Assembly: GCA_963850725.1 (NCBI GenBank)
Contig: CAWKMQ010000019.1
Location: 7,996-71,995, forward strand
DNA length: 64,000 bases
Origin: Vicinamibacterales bacterium
Lineage (GTDB): Bacteria; Acidobacteriota; Vicinamibacteria; Vicinamibacterales; JAMQPK01
Reading direction: 5' to 3'
In this document: positions 39,483-51,788 of the stretch, in pieces
Numbering within the stretch: the stretch's first letter is position 1
Layout: the number at the start of each line of letters is the position of its first letter
Notes under the pieces: generated by a model
Told to the model about the DNA's origin: nothing
Databases searched by the model: none
The model's input: the letters and a program-made list of their open reading frames with translations, nothing else
Translations under genes and position numbers: made by a program

Positions 39483-39893
39483 ATGGACGGGGAAGCGCGG
39501 CTCGATTTTCTCGAGGGGCGTGTGGAAGAGCAGTCCCGAAACTGGGAGCGGCTGTTTGCCGACATCGGGCGCGTCGATCAGAGAATCGACGTGATGGGCA
39601 GCGCGCTGTCGGCCCGAATCGATACCGTCAGTGACACGCTGTCGGCCCGAATCGACACGCTGTCGGCCCGAATCGATACCGTCAGCGACACGCTGTCAGC
39701 GCGCATCGACAGGCTCGACGGCCGGATTGACGCGGTCGGACGCAACCTTGACGGGAAAATCCACGCTGTCGACCAGAAGCTCGATCGAAGGTTCGACACA
39801 CTTCAGCAGGAGCTCTCGAAGCAGTTCCGCTGGACGATTGGCGTGATGGTCACGCTGACAATTGGCGTCATCACGGCTGTGCTGACGCGCTAA
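39483..39893 (+). CDS. Coiled-coil repeat protein with C-terminal TM (DUF1640/CCDC90-like)
   Basis: LSARIDTVSDT (33-nt) and LSARIDT (21-nt) repeats; FRWTIGVMVTLTIGVITAVL anchor. Confidence 0.75.
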   Translation: MDGEARLDFLEGRVEEQSRNWERLFADIGRVDQRIDVMGSALSARIDTVSDTLSARIDTLSARIDTVSDTLSARIDRLDGRIDAVGRNLDGKIHAVDQKLDRRFDTLQQELSKQFRWTIGVMVTLTIGVITAVLTR

Positions 39894-39922
39894 TCCCTAA
39901 TCCCTAATCCCTAATCCCTAGC
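39891..39922 (-). repeat. (GGGATTA)x4 heptamer array (G-quadruplex pattern)
   Basis: taatccc x4 then tagcc; spans the gap between the stop codons of two convergent genes. Confidence 0.85.
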
Positions 39923-40450
39923 CTTGGGAAGGTTTGCTCGCATCGCCGTCGAACTCGCGGCGCGGCGCGGCCTGCACAAGCCCGACCCGTCCGACGACGA
40001 TTTCCGCGCCCGCATAGCTCTCGGGCTTGATGGGCAGGCCCGCCATTCCGCGCAGCATCGCCAGCTGCCCAACGTGGGTCAGCGCGTCGGCCAGCGGCCC
40101 TTGAATCATGCGTTCTTCGGAGCCCTCGAATGGCCTGTCCGCGGCAAGCTCGGCGTCGAGTGCCATCAAGGCCGTCGACGAACCGCTCGACTTCGACGTC
40201 CCAATCATCGCTCCCGGCAGCCTTCCAGATCGAATGGCCCTGGGCGAGTGAAAGCGCCCACGTCATCAGATCGGCCATGTGCGCCACGATCTCGACGGGG
40301 CGGCGAGTCGCGGGGCCCGCCTGCATCGCACCAAACTCCGGCGGCGCATCTCGCAGGACCTTTGCCGCTCGATAGGCGAGCGTGGCGACGATGCGACGGA
40401 GCAGCGGGCGGGGATCGGTCAGCGAAATCGGAGTCGTGGTCGGAGGTCAT
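39918..40450 (-). CDS. DinB/YfiT-like four-helix protein
   Basis: ATLAYRAAK, EIVAHMADL, QGPLADALTHVGQLAMLR. Confidence 0.7.
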
Positions 40451-40541
40451 GGTGTCAGGGAGCAGGAAAGTACCATCGTTGGGCGAGGCAGGCAACCCAC
40501 CTGTCGCCTACCGACTCGTTGACTGTAGACTTTCGACTCAC

Positions 40542-41322
40542 ATGGTTGACTCCCATTGCCACCTGGCCGATGACGCGTTCGTGCACGATGTCGGCCCGGT
40601 CATCACCCGCGCCCAGACCGCCGGCTTGACCCGTGCGCTCTGTATTCTCGCGGCCGAAAACGACATCGAGTCCCAACGCGCCAGACAGCTGACGAGGACG
40701 TGGCCGGCGCTTCGGTATGGCATCGGCATCCACCCCCATCAGGCCGGCCGCTTCAGTGGCCGCGAAGCTGACGTCGTACCGCTCGTCCGGAGCGTGGTCG
40801 CCGCCAATCCCGAAGCCCGAGCCCTCGGCGAGCTCGGCCTCGACTACCACTACGACTTCTCCCCGAAAGACGTCCAGCAGACCGTGTTCCGCCTCCAGAT
40901 TCGCCTCGCGCGCGAGCTCAATCTGCCCATCATCATTCACACGCGGGAGGCCGAAGACGACACGATGGCCATCCTTCGGGAGGAAGGCGGCGGCCGGATT
41001 CGGGGGGTGATGCACTGCTTCACCGGCACCCGGCGGCTGGCCGACGAGGCGCTCGCGCTGGGCATGCACATCTCGTTCGCGGGCATCGTCACGTTCCCGA
41101 AAGGCGCGAACGTGCGCGAGATCGTGCCCCAGGTGCCGGCCGATCGGCTCCTGTGCGAGACCGACAGCCCCTATCTGGCGCCGACGCCCAACCGCGGCAA
41201 ACGGAACGAACCGGCATGGGTCGTGCGGGTGGCCGAAGAGCTTGCGGCCCTGCGGGGCGTGCCGCTCGAAGACCTCCACCAGCAGATCGGTGGCCAATTT
41301 CGACGCGCTGTTTCGACCGTAA
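40542..41322 (+). CDS. tatD: TatD family nuclease
   Basis: DSHCHL, GIHPH, GELGLDY, IHTREA, HCFTG, ETDSPYLAP. Confidence 0.95.
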
Positions 41323-41387
41323 ACCCCTGCACCGCAACCGTCTATTCGTTGACACCCCATCAAGGAATATGGTGAGATCAACGGGCC

Positions 41388-42404
41388 TTGAAGAACGCTG
41401 ACGCCGTCGAGCAGCACCCTTCATACTCCACGCTCGTCCAGATGTTCGAGCCGATCCGGGAAGACCTGGAGAGGGTCGAGGCGGAGTTCTATCGCCACGT
41501 CGAGTCACAGGTCGAGCTGATTCCGAAGATCGGGCGCTACATCCAGAACGGCGGCGGCAAGCGCATACGGCCCGCCGTGCTGCTGATGGCGGCCCGCCTC
41601 GGCCGGGTACACCGGCGAGCTGGCCGTGCTGTACGCCGCGGTCGTCGAGTTCATTCATACCGCGACGCTGGTGCACGACGACATCATCGACGACTCGCAA
41701 TGGCGCCGGGGACAGCCCTCCGTGCATTCGCGGTGGGGCAGCGACGTCACGGTCCTCCTGGGCGACTACCTCTACATCAAGTCGATGGGGCTGGCCCTGA
41801 CGCCCGACCGCCTCGACATCGTGCGGCAGTTGTGCGACGTCACCCTGAGGATGATCGAGGGCGAGCTCTATCAGCTGTCCAAAAAGGGTGACGTGCTGAT
41901 CAGCGAGGACGAGCACCTCGACATCGTCCGGCGCAAGACGGCGTACCTCTTCGGCGGGTGCGCGCGCATCGGCGGCATTCTGGGAAACGCGATCGCCCGA
42001 GCAGGAGCGCGCGCTCGAGCAGTACGGCATCAGCCTCGGGATGTCGTTCCAGCTGATCGACGACCTGCTGGATTTTGCCGGCGACGAATCGGCGCTCGGC
42101 AAGCCGGTCGGCGGCGACCTGCGCGAAGGGAAGGTGACCCTGCCGGTCATTCGCCTGCTGCAGCGCGCCGACACGGAGACGGCCGAGATGATCCACGATG
42201 TCGTCCGCGAGCGCAGCGTGACGCCGGAACGGTGGCGGCGAGATCTGCCGGCTGCTGCACGAGACCGGCTCGGTCGACTACGCCATGGACAAGGCGCAGG
42301 AACAGGCCGCGCTCGCCAAGAAGCAGCTCTATCTCTTCCCGCCATCGCACGCACGCGACGCGCTGATGGCGCTGCCGGACTACATCCTGGCGCGAGATCG
42401 CTAG
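41388..42404 (+). CDS. ispB: Long-chain polyprenyl diphosphate synthase
   Basis: GGKRIRP, HTATLVHDDIID, FQLIDDLLD, GGDLREGK. Confidence 0.88.
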
Positions 42405-42410
42405 CGGAGT

Positions 42411-44512
<2,102 letters not shown>

Positions 44513-44519
44513 TTTGCTC

Positions 44520-46055
44520 ATGTCCCGGCCGTTTGGCGTCGTGCTCACGCTCGCGCTGACGGCTGTGATGGCCTTCATGATGGGCCTTACCGTCGGCAGA
44601 TCGTGCGCACGCCCGCGCCGGCCGCCTCGGCTGCGACCGACATCGAGCCCCAGCCGGAGCCTCAAGTCGCCACGGCCATCAACGCGCCGGCACAGCCGGC
44701 CGTCATGACGCCTGTCGTCAGCGCACCCGGCCTGGTGAACTTCGCCGACGTCGCCGAGCGCATCAATCCGGCCGTCGTCAACATCGAGGCCACGACGCCG
44801 CAGCCAGAACCGGCGGCGGCGCCGCGTCGAGCCGATGCCCTTCGAGAGGTCAATCCCGCAGGGGCCCGTCTTCGCTCCGGCCGCAATCGGGCAGCGGATT
44901 CGTCATCGAAGCGCGACGGACAGATCCTGACCAACTACCACGTGATCCAGAACGCCGAGCGGATCATGGTGAAGTTCTCGGACGGCCGGAGCCTGCCGGC
45001 GCACGTGCTCGGGATCGATCCCGATACCGATATCGCGCTCGATCAAGGTCGACGCGAAGAACCTGCCTGTGGCGCCGCTGGGCGATTCCGAAACGCTGCG
45101 CGTCGGCGAGTGGGTCTGCGCGATCGGCAATCCGCTCGCCTACGAGCACACGGTCACCGTCGGCGTGGTCAGCTATCTCGGCCGCAAGCTCTTCGACAGC
45201 AGCCTCGACAATTACATCCAGACCGATGCCGCCATCAATTTCGGCAACAGCGGCGGCCCGCTCATCAACGGCCGCGGCGAAGTGGTCGGCATCAACTCGG
45301 CGATCAGCCAGCGGGCGAGCAACATCGGCTTCGCCGTGCCCATCAACGAAGCGCGCGCGATTCTGCCGCAGCTCAAGAGCCGAGGGCGCGTGTCGCGCGC
45401 GGCTTCATGGGCGTGGCGCTGACCGATGTCGATCCGGATCTTCAGCGCTCGCTCAGCTCGGCGTCGATCGCAGGGCGCGCTCGTTCAGGACGTGACGAGC
45501 GGCTCGCCCGGTCAGCGCGCCGGCTTGCGCGCCTACGATCTCATCACGGCCATCGACGACAAGCGCGTGTCGAACAACGACGAGATCATCCGCGAAGTGG
45601 CGCGGCGTGGTCCGGGCACGCTTGCGCGGCTGCAGGTGTTGCGCGACGGCCGGGCGCAGACCGTCACCGTGCGACTCGGCGAGCGGCCGAGCCGTCAGCC
45701 GGGCCGCGCCGTCGGACGAAGACGCGCCCGTCTGTCCGCCCGTCGAGCAACACCGGCCATGCCGCTGGGTCTCGGCGTGCGCGACATCGATCGCGCCACC
45801 GCCAACGGCTGCGCCTGCCTGACGGCGTCAGCGGCGTCGTCGTCACGCGCGTCGATCCGCTGAGCGCCGGCCTACGACGCCGGCATCCAGCGCGACCACA
45901 TCGTGATGGAAATCAACCGCCGGCCGGTCAACTCGGCCGACGCCTACAACCGGCTGACGCGCGCCGCGCATCCGGGCGACGTGCTGGCCGTCTACGTCTA
46001 CATGCCCGGTCCGATCAGCGCGCGATTCGCGCCGTCCGCGTCGAGCGCCCGATAG
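44520..46055 (+). CDS. HtrA/DegP-like serine protease with two PDZ domains
   Basis: [28 protein letters not shown]. Confidence 0.9.
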
Positions 46056-46063
46056 CACCCCCG

Positions 46064-47473
46064 ATGAAATCACGGATTCTGGTCATCGATGACGAAGTCG
46101 GGCATCCGCGACTCGATGCGGCGCACGCTCGAATATCAGGGCTATCAGTTCATCGGCGCCGCGACCGGCCAGGAAGGGCTTGCGCTGATCGAGCGCGATC
46201 CGCCCGATCTGGTGTTTCTCGACATCAAGATGCCCGGCATGGACGGCCTCGAGGTGCTCGAGCGCATCAAGGCCGCGAATCCCGACGCTGCCGGTCGTGA
46301 TGGTGTCGGGTCACGGGACCGCGCAGAACGCCTTCGAGGCGCGCGACAAGGGCGCGTCGGGCTTCATCGAGAAGCCATTTTCCGAGCCGGTGCTGCTCGA
46401 GCGGATCGAGAAAGAGCTGAACGCCAGCCGGACCGCAGGACGACTATCGCGCCTCCGGCAGGAGAGTCGACTCGCGAAGTATCAGATGGTCGGCAACAGC
46501 CCGGCGCCTGCGAAAGGTCGAAGAGGCGATTCGCAAGGCCGCGCCGACGCACGCGACGGTGCTGCTGCAGGGAGAAAGCGGCGTCGGCAAGGAGCTGGTC
46601 GCGCGCACGATCCATCGCTTCAGCCCGCGCAGCCGCGAGCGCTTCGTGCAGGTGAACTGCGCGGCGATTCCCGAAGACCTGATCGAGTCGGAGCTCTTCG
46701 GCCACGAAAAAGGGTCGTTCACCGGCGCGACCGAACGGCAGATCGGCAAGTTCGAGCAGGCCGATCGCGGCACCATCTTCCTCGACGAAGTCGGCGACAT
46801 GAGCCTGAAGACGCAGGCCAAGGTGCTGCGCGTGCTGCAGGAAGGCGAGGTCGAGCGCCTCGGATCGGCGAAGACGGTGAACGTCGACGTTCGCGTGATC
46901 GCCGCGACGAACAAGAACCTCGAAGAGGAGATCGAGAAGGGCAACTTCCGCGAAGATCTCTATTTCCGCCTGGCCGTCATCCCGATCTACGTCCCGCCGC
47001 TGCGCGAGCGCGCCGAAGACATCCCGCTGCTCGTCAAGCATTTCCTGAATCAGCTCGGGCGCGAGAACAACCGGCGGCCCAAGCAGATGACGCCGCCCGC
47101 GATGGACGTGCTGAAGCGCTACCGGTGGCGCGGCAATATCCGCGAGCTGCGCAACACCATCGAGCGGCATGATCATCATGACCGAAGGGCGAAGTGATCG
47201 ACGTGGCCGATCTGCCCGAGTCGTCAAAGCCGACCGAAGACACGCCGCGGCCGGCGGCCCCGGGAGCGCCCGCGCCGGCTCGATCGGGACGTGGCGGCGG
47301 ACGCCGGCACGCTTCGCGAGTTCAAGGAATCGGCCGAGCGCGCCTGGCTCGTCGAGAAGCTGCGCGAGAACGCCTGGAATATCTCGAAAACGGCCGAGGT
47401 CATCGGCACGCCCCGCAGCAACCTCTACAAGAAGCTCGAGCAGTACGCCATCCGTCAGGAAACGGACGGGTAG
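46064..47473 (+). CDS. Sigma54-dependent response regulator (NtrC/NtrX family)
   Basis: REC ([16 protein letters not shown]), [19 protein letters not shown], Fis HTH. Confidence 0.92.
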
Positions 47474-47512
47474 GTAAGGGCTACAGAGCTCAGGACTGAT
47501 CGCTTCGACTGA

Positions 47513-47933
47513 CCGCTAGTCGACCAGACGATCGCCGCGCCGAAGCTCGTCATGTTCTGGCGCAGCGCCAGGCGGGGAGGAAAGTCCGAACTCCACAGGG
47601 CAGTGCGCCGGGTAACGCCCGGTCAGGGCAACCTGAAGGAAAGTGGCACAGAAAATATACCGCCCGCCTTGGCGCCGCAACGGCGACGCAAGGCAGGGTA
47701 AGGGTGAAAAGGTGCGGTAAGAGCGCACCGCGTCTGCTGTAAAGCAGATGGCAGGCAAAACCCCGCACGGAGCAAGACCAAATAGGGAAGCGCTCGAGGA
47801 CGGCCCGTCCGAAGCTTCCGGGTAGGTCGCTTGATCCCGTCAGCAATGCCGGGCCTAGAGGAATGATCGTCTCGCCGAAGCTCGCCGCAAGCGAAGCGGA
47901 GGCGGACAGAATTCGGCTTACGGCCGACTGCGG
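47513..47933 (+). ncRNA. rnpB: RNase P RNA, type A
   Basis: GAGGAAAGTCCG, GGAAAGTGGCACAGAAA, AAGGGTGAAAAGGTGCGGTAAGAGC, ACAGAATTCGGCTTAC; P1 ends pair. Confidence 0.97.
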
Positions 47934-47939
47934 CACTAT

Positions 47940-47975
47940 CTTAGTTCTCACTTTCTAGTTTCCAGTCTTCAGCTA
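47940..47975. repeat. Degenerate pyrimidine-rich heptamer array
   Basis: ttagttctcactttctagtttccagtcttcagct. Confidence 0.5.
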
Positions 47976-47992
47976 CTGCCGATAACTACTAC

Positions 47993-48945
47993 ATGTCTCA
48001 ACTACCTCGTCACCGGGGGCGCCGGTTTCATCGGATCCCATCTCGCAGAAGAGCTCACCCGCCGCGGCGAACGCGTGCGTGTCGCCGATAGCCTGATTAC
48101 GGGACATCGCCGCAATCTTGCGCACGTGCCCGGCGTCGAGTTCCTCGAAGGCGACCTCGCGGACCTCGCCGTCGCACGGCGGGCGGTGCAGGGCATGGAC
48201 TACGTGCTGCACCAGGCGGCCATTCCCTCGGTGCCGCGGTCGGTCGAAGATCCCATCACCTCGAATCGCGCGAACATCGACGCCACGCTCAACGTGCTGG
48301 TCGCGGCGCGCGACGCCAAGGTGAAGCGCGTCGTCTATGCCGGTTCTTCTTCGGCCTACGGCAACACCGACACGCTGCCGAAGCGCGAGGACATGCCGAC
48401 GCACCCGCTCTCGCCGTACGCGCTGCAGAAGCTGGTGGGCGAGCAGTACATGCAGTTGTTCACGGCGCTGTACGGCCTCGAGACGGTCACGATCCGGTAC
48501 TTCAACGTCTTCGGCCCGCGGCAGGATCCGTCGTCGCCCTACTCCGGCGTCATTTCGGTCTTCGCCAAGGCGCTGCTCGAGAACAAGCGCGCCGACCATC
48601 CATGGCGACGGCGAGCAGACGCGCGACTTCACCTATATCGCCAACGTCGTCGACGGCGTGCTGCGGGCGGTGACAGCGCCGAAGGCGTCGGGCCAGGTGA
48701 TCAACGTCGCGACCGATTCGCGGATTTCGCTCAACCGGCTGTTCACGACGATGCGCGATCTGGTCGGGAGCAGCGTCAACGTCAGTTACGGGCCCACGCG
48801 ATCGGGCGACGTGCGGGATTCGCAGGCCGACATCACGCGCGCCCGCGAGATTCTCGGCTACAAACCGATCGTGTCGTTCGAAGAGGGCCTGCGGCAGACG
48901 CTCGAGTGGTACCGCACGGAGGCCGATACGGTCGCCAGGCGGTAG
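47993..48945 (+). CDS. UDP-sugar 4-epimerase (WbpP/GalE-like)
   Basis: VTGGAGFIGSH, HQAAIPSVPRS, SPYALQK, RYFNVFGPRQDP. Confidence 0.92.
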
Positions 48946-49267
48946 CAACCCGCGTAGACAGGTTCGTTCACTCCACTAGTCCTTCCTCCGCGCCCACGCG
49001 GGCGCGCGCAGCGAAGCGACACGCACTCAAGCACATCCAAAGACGACTCGCGATCGCGCCACGCGGCGCGCGGCTTGCCATAGGTCTCGCCGGCCCTGGT
49101 CATCCGCGCGCGTGTGACGGTGCCTGACCCCATCGAAATATGCCGGGCTAACCACCAGGGCCTCTTTGTTCACTGTGGTCTGCGTATCAACGCCGAGCGG
49201 CCGAAGGCCGCGAGGTACAGGTGGCGGGGGTGGGGCCCCGCCACGCATCCAACAAGGAGGAGAGAGT

Positions 49268-49583
49268 ATGAACCGGTCAGCGCTTGCCCTCGTCGCCGCC
49301 CTCGTGTGTGTCACCCCGTGGTCCGCGGAAGCCCAGCGCGCGTCCAAGCCGCCGGTCGCCGCGCCAACGGAGGTCATCAACCTCAACACCGGCACGGCGG
49401 CGCAAATCGCCTCGTTGCCGGGCATCGGCCTCAAAACGGCCGAGCTCGTCGTGCAGTACCCGCGAGAAGAACGGGCCCTTCAAGAAGATCGAGGAAATCA
49501 TGAACGTGAAGGGAGTCGGCGAGAAGAGCTTCCTCCGCATCAAGGATCGGCTCACCGTCGCCCAGCCGAAGAGCGAGAAATAA
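49268..49583 (+). CDS. comEA: ComEA-family helix-hairpin-helix DNA-binding protein with signal peptide
   Basis: AAGGAGG RBS; INLNT...LPGIG.KTA..(V)V.YREKNGPFKKIEEIMNVKGVGEK. Confidence 0.9.
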
Positions 49584-49586
49584 GCC

Positions 49587-50168
49587 GTGAAGAGCGAGGG
49601 CTACTCCGTGCTCGAGTTGCTCATGGTTGTCAGCGTCTCGATCGTGGTCGGCGGTACGGCGATACCGCTCGCGAACAACGGCGTCGACCGAACGAGAGCC
49701 GCAGGAGCAGTCCGCTACGTGGCCGGGCGCATGGCAAGCGCACGCTTCGAGGCCGTCAGGCGCTCGGCTTACGTCGCCATCCGGTTTGTGCAGCACAGCG
49801 ATGGGTTCTGGCTTCGCACCTACGTCGACGGCAACCGCAACGGCGTGTTGTCCGGCGACATCACGCGTGGCATCGACACGCCGATCACGCCAGACGAGCG
49901 GCTCGACCATCACTTCTCGGGCATCACGTTCGGCATTCTGCCCAACGTCACGGGCCTCGATCCGGGACAGCCCTTCAATGCGGGCGATCCGGTGCAAATC
50001 GGGTCTTCGACGCTGCTCAGCTTCAGTCCACTGGGGTCGTCGACGTCGGGCACGCTCTTCATTCGCGGCCAGCGGGGCACGCAATTCGCGGTGCGGGTGC
50101 TGGGCGCCACCGGCCGGACACGCACGTTCGAGTTCCACTTCGGAGAAGCCAGATGGCAAAGACGGTAG
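49587..50168 (+). CDS. FimT/GspH-like minor pilin
   Basis: Prepilin site G|YSVLE plus hydrophobic helix; ARFEAV; FSPLG; C-terminal GRTR. Confidence 0.8.
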   Translation: MKSEGYSVLELLMVVSVSIVVGGTAIPLANNGVDRTRAAGAVRYVAGRMASARFEAVRRSAYVAIRFVQHSDGFWLRTYVDGNRNGVLSGDITRGIDTPITPDERLDHHFSGITFGILPNVTGLDPGQPFNAGDPVQIGSSTLLSFSPLGSSTSGTLFIRGQRGTQFAVRVLGATGRTRTFEFHFGEARWQRR

Positions 50169-50483
50169 CCGTCGAGCGCCGCGCGGCGCCGCGAGTGTCG
50201 CCGGACGCAGCGAGCGGGACGAGATCGGGCGCGCCTTCGACCCGGACGGTCGGCGCGCATCATCGATTTGTCGTCCGTGGGCGCGCTCATCGAAACCGAC
50301 TGGCGTCTCTTGCCCGGCTTGCGCGTCGAGGTGCAGCTTGGCGATCCGGTGCCGCTGTGCAAGGTGGGTGCACGCATTCTCCGGTGTCACGTGGCCCTTT
50401 TGAGCCGCGAGCGGATCAGGTATCGGGCGGGTCTGTCATTCGACGAACGTATTCCCTTTGGGGAAGATACGACCCCAGCCTAG
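50153..50483 (+). CDS. Stand-alone PilZ domain protein
   Basis: ERRAAPR (RxxxR), DLSSVG (DxSxxG), YRAGLSF; one or more frameshifts. Confidence 0.8.
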
Positions 50484-50595
50484 TGCGGGTGTTCAACGGG
50501 CGACGAGACGGCACGGGTCACAGCAACGTGGGAAGACACTACCCGGAGGTTCAGTAACCTTGGACACACTCACTCCTCATTCCCCGAAAGATTCG

Positions 50596-51609
50596 ATGGC
50601 ATACGCCTTGTTTCAGCGTCACGCCATGCGACGAGACGGCGCGGCGGCGCTCATCGGCTCGAGCGCCGTCATGCGCGGCGTGCGCGAGCGTATCGAGCGG
50701 GTGGCCGCGACCGACTTCACCGTCCTCATCGATGGCGAGAGCGGCGTCGGCAAAGAGCTCGTCGCCCGGCAGATTCACGAAATCAGCGGGCGACGACGGG
50801 GGCCGTTCGTTGCCGTCAACTGCGCGGCGCTGGTCGAGTCGCTGCTCGAGGCCGAGCTGTTCGGCATCGAAGACCGTACGGCCACCGGCGTGCGCGGGCG
50901 GCGTGGCAAGTTCGAGTGTGCCGACGGCGGCACGCTCTTTCTCGATGAAGTCGCCGACCTGTCCACGGCGGCGCAGGCCAAGCTGTTGCGGGCGCTCCAG
51001 GATCTGGCCATCGAGCGCGTCGGCGGCAATGGCCTCCACCGTGTCAACACGCGCGTCATTGCGGCCACCAACAAGAAGCTGTCGGCCCAGGTGCAAGGGA
51101 AGCTGTTCCGGGCCGACTTGTTCTACCGCCTGTCGGGTATCGAGATTCACGTGCCGCCGCTGCGCGAGCGCCGCGAAGACATCCTCGAGCTCGCGTCGTA
51201 TTTTCTCGAACGGCACGCACAGGATCGCCGGCTTACCATCTCGCGGGCCGCGGGCGACGCCTTGCTCACCTACGACTGGCCCGGCAACGTTCGCGAGCTC
51301 GAGCGGATGATGGAACGCACGCTGACGCTCGCCCGTCATTCGACCATCGACGTCGCGGATCTCCCGATTCGTCTGAGCGACGGGTACGGCGACGTGCTGC
51401 TGCCGTCCATGGTCCGCAACGACACGCTGCGCGCGTGGGGAAGCCGGTACGTGCGGCTGGTGCTCGAACGGAGCGGCCGCAACAAGCGCAAAGCGTGTCG
51501 CGCGCTCGGAATCAGTTATCACACCCTGCAGGCCTATCTGCGGTACGCGCACAAGTTGCAGGCGAGCGGCGTGCAGGAATCGCCGCCGGAATATTCGCCG
51601 GATAGCTAG
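50596..51609 (+). CDS. Sigma54-interaction AAA+ / Fis-HTH regulator lacking an N-terminal sensor domain
   Basis: [33 protein letters not shown]; GAFTGA position reads RTATGV; start at 50596 or 50626. Confidence 0.88.
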   Translation: MAYALFQRHAMRRDGAAALIGSSAVMRGVRERIERVAATDFTVLIDGESGVGKELVARQIHEISGRRRGPFVAVNCAALVESLLEAELFGIEDRTATGVRGRRGKFECADGGTLFLDEVADLSTAAQAKLLRALQDLAIERVGGNGLHRVNTRVIAATNKKLSAQVQGKLFRADLFYRLSGIEIHVPPLRERREDILELASYFLERHAQDRRLTISRAAGDALLTYDWPGNVRELERMMERTLTLARHSTIDVADLPIRLSDGYGDVLLPSMVRNDTLRAWGSRYVRLVLERSGRNKRKACRALGISYHTLQAYLRYAHKLQASGVQESPPEYSPDS

Positions 51610-51716
51610 AGTGTCCCCGAAGGACACAGACGCCGGACGCACCCGGCGTAACGGATTGGCGGGAGCGGGGCAGGGCGGTTATCGCCATGCGAGGTCATGC
51701 GCACATCCAGGTCGTT

Positions 51717-51775
51717 CCGCCTTCGCGCGCAGCGCGAAGGCGGCTTGTCCGCCGTAGCGCGCAGCGCGAAGGCGG
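51717..51775. repeat. Tandem pair of REP-like palindromes
   Basis: CCGCCTTCGCGC-gca-GCGCGAAGGCGG and CCGCCGTAGCGCGCAGCGCGAAGGCGG, abutting the next RBS. Confidence 0.75.
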
Positions 51776-51788
51776 GAGGGAGGTGCGT

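Noticed and set aside
39600-39715. CRISPR-like direct repeats
   Set aside because: In-frame coding repeats without unique spacers; no cas genes in the window
49190-49246. Riboswitch or ncRNA upstream of comEA
   Set aside because: The GC hairpins (GCGGCC-GAA-GGCCGC; GTGGCGGGG...CCCCGCCAC) look like REP-type elements; no aptamer consensus recognised
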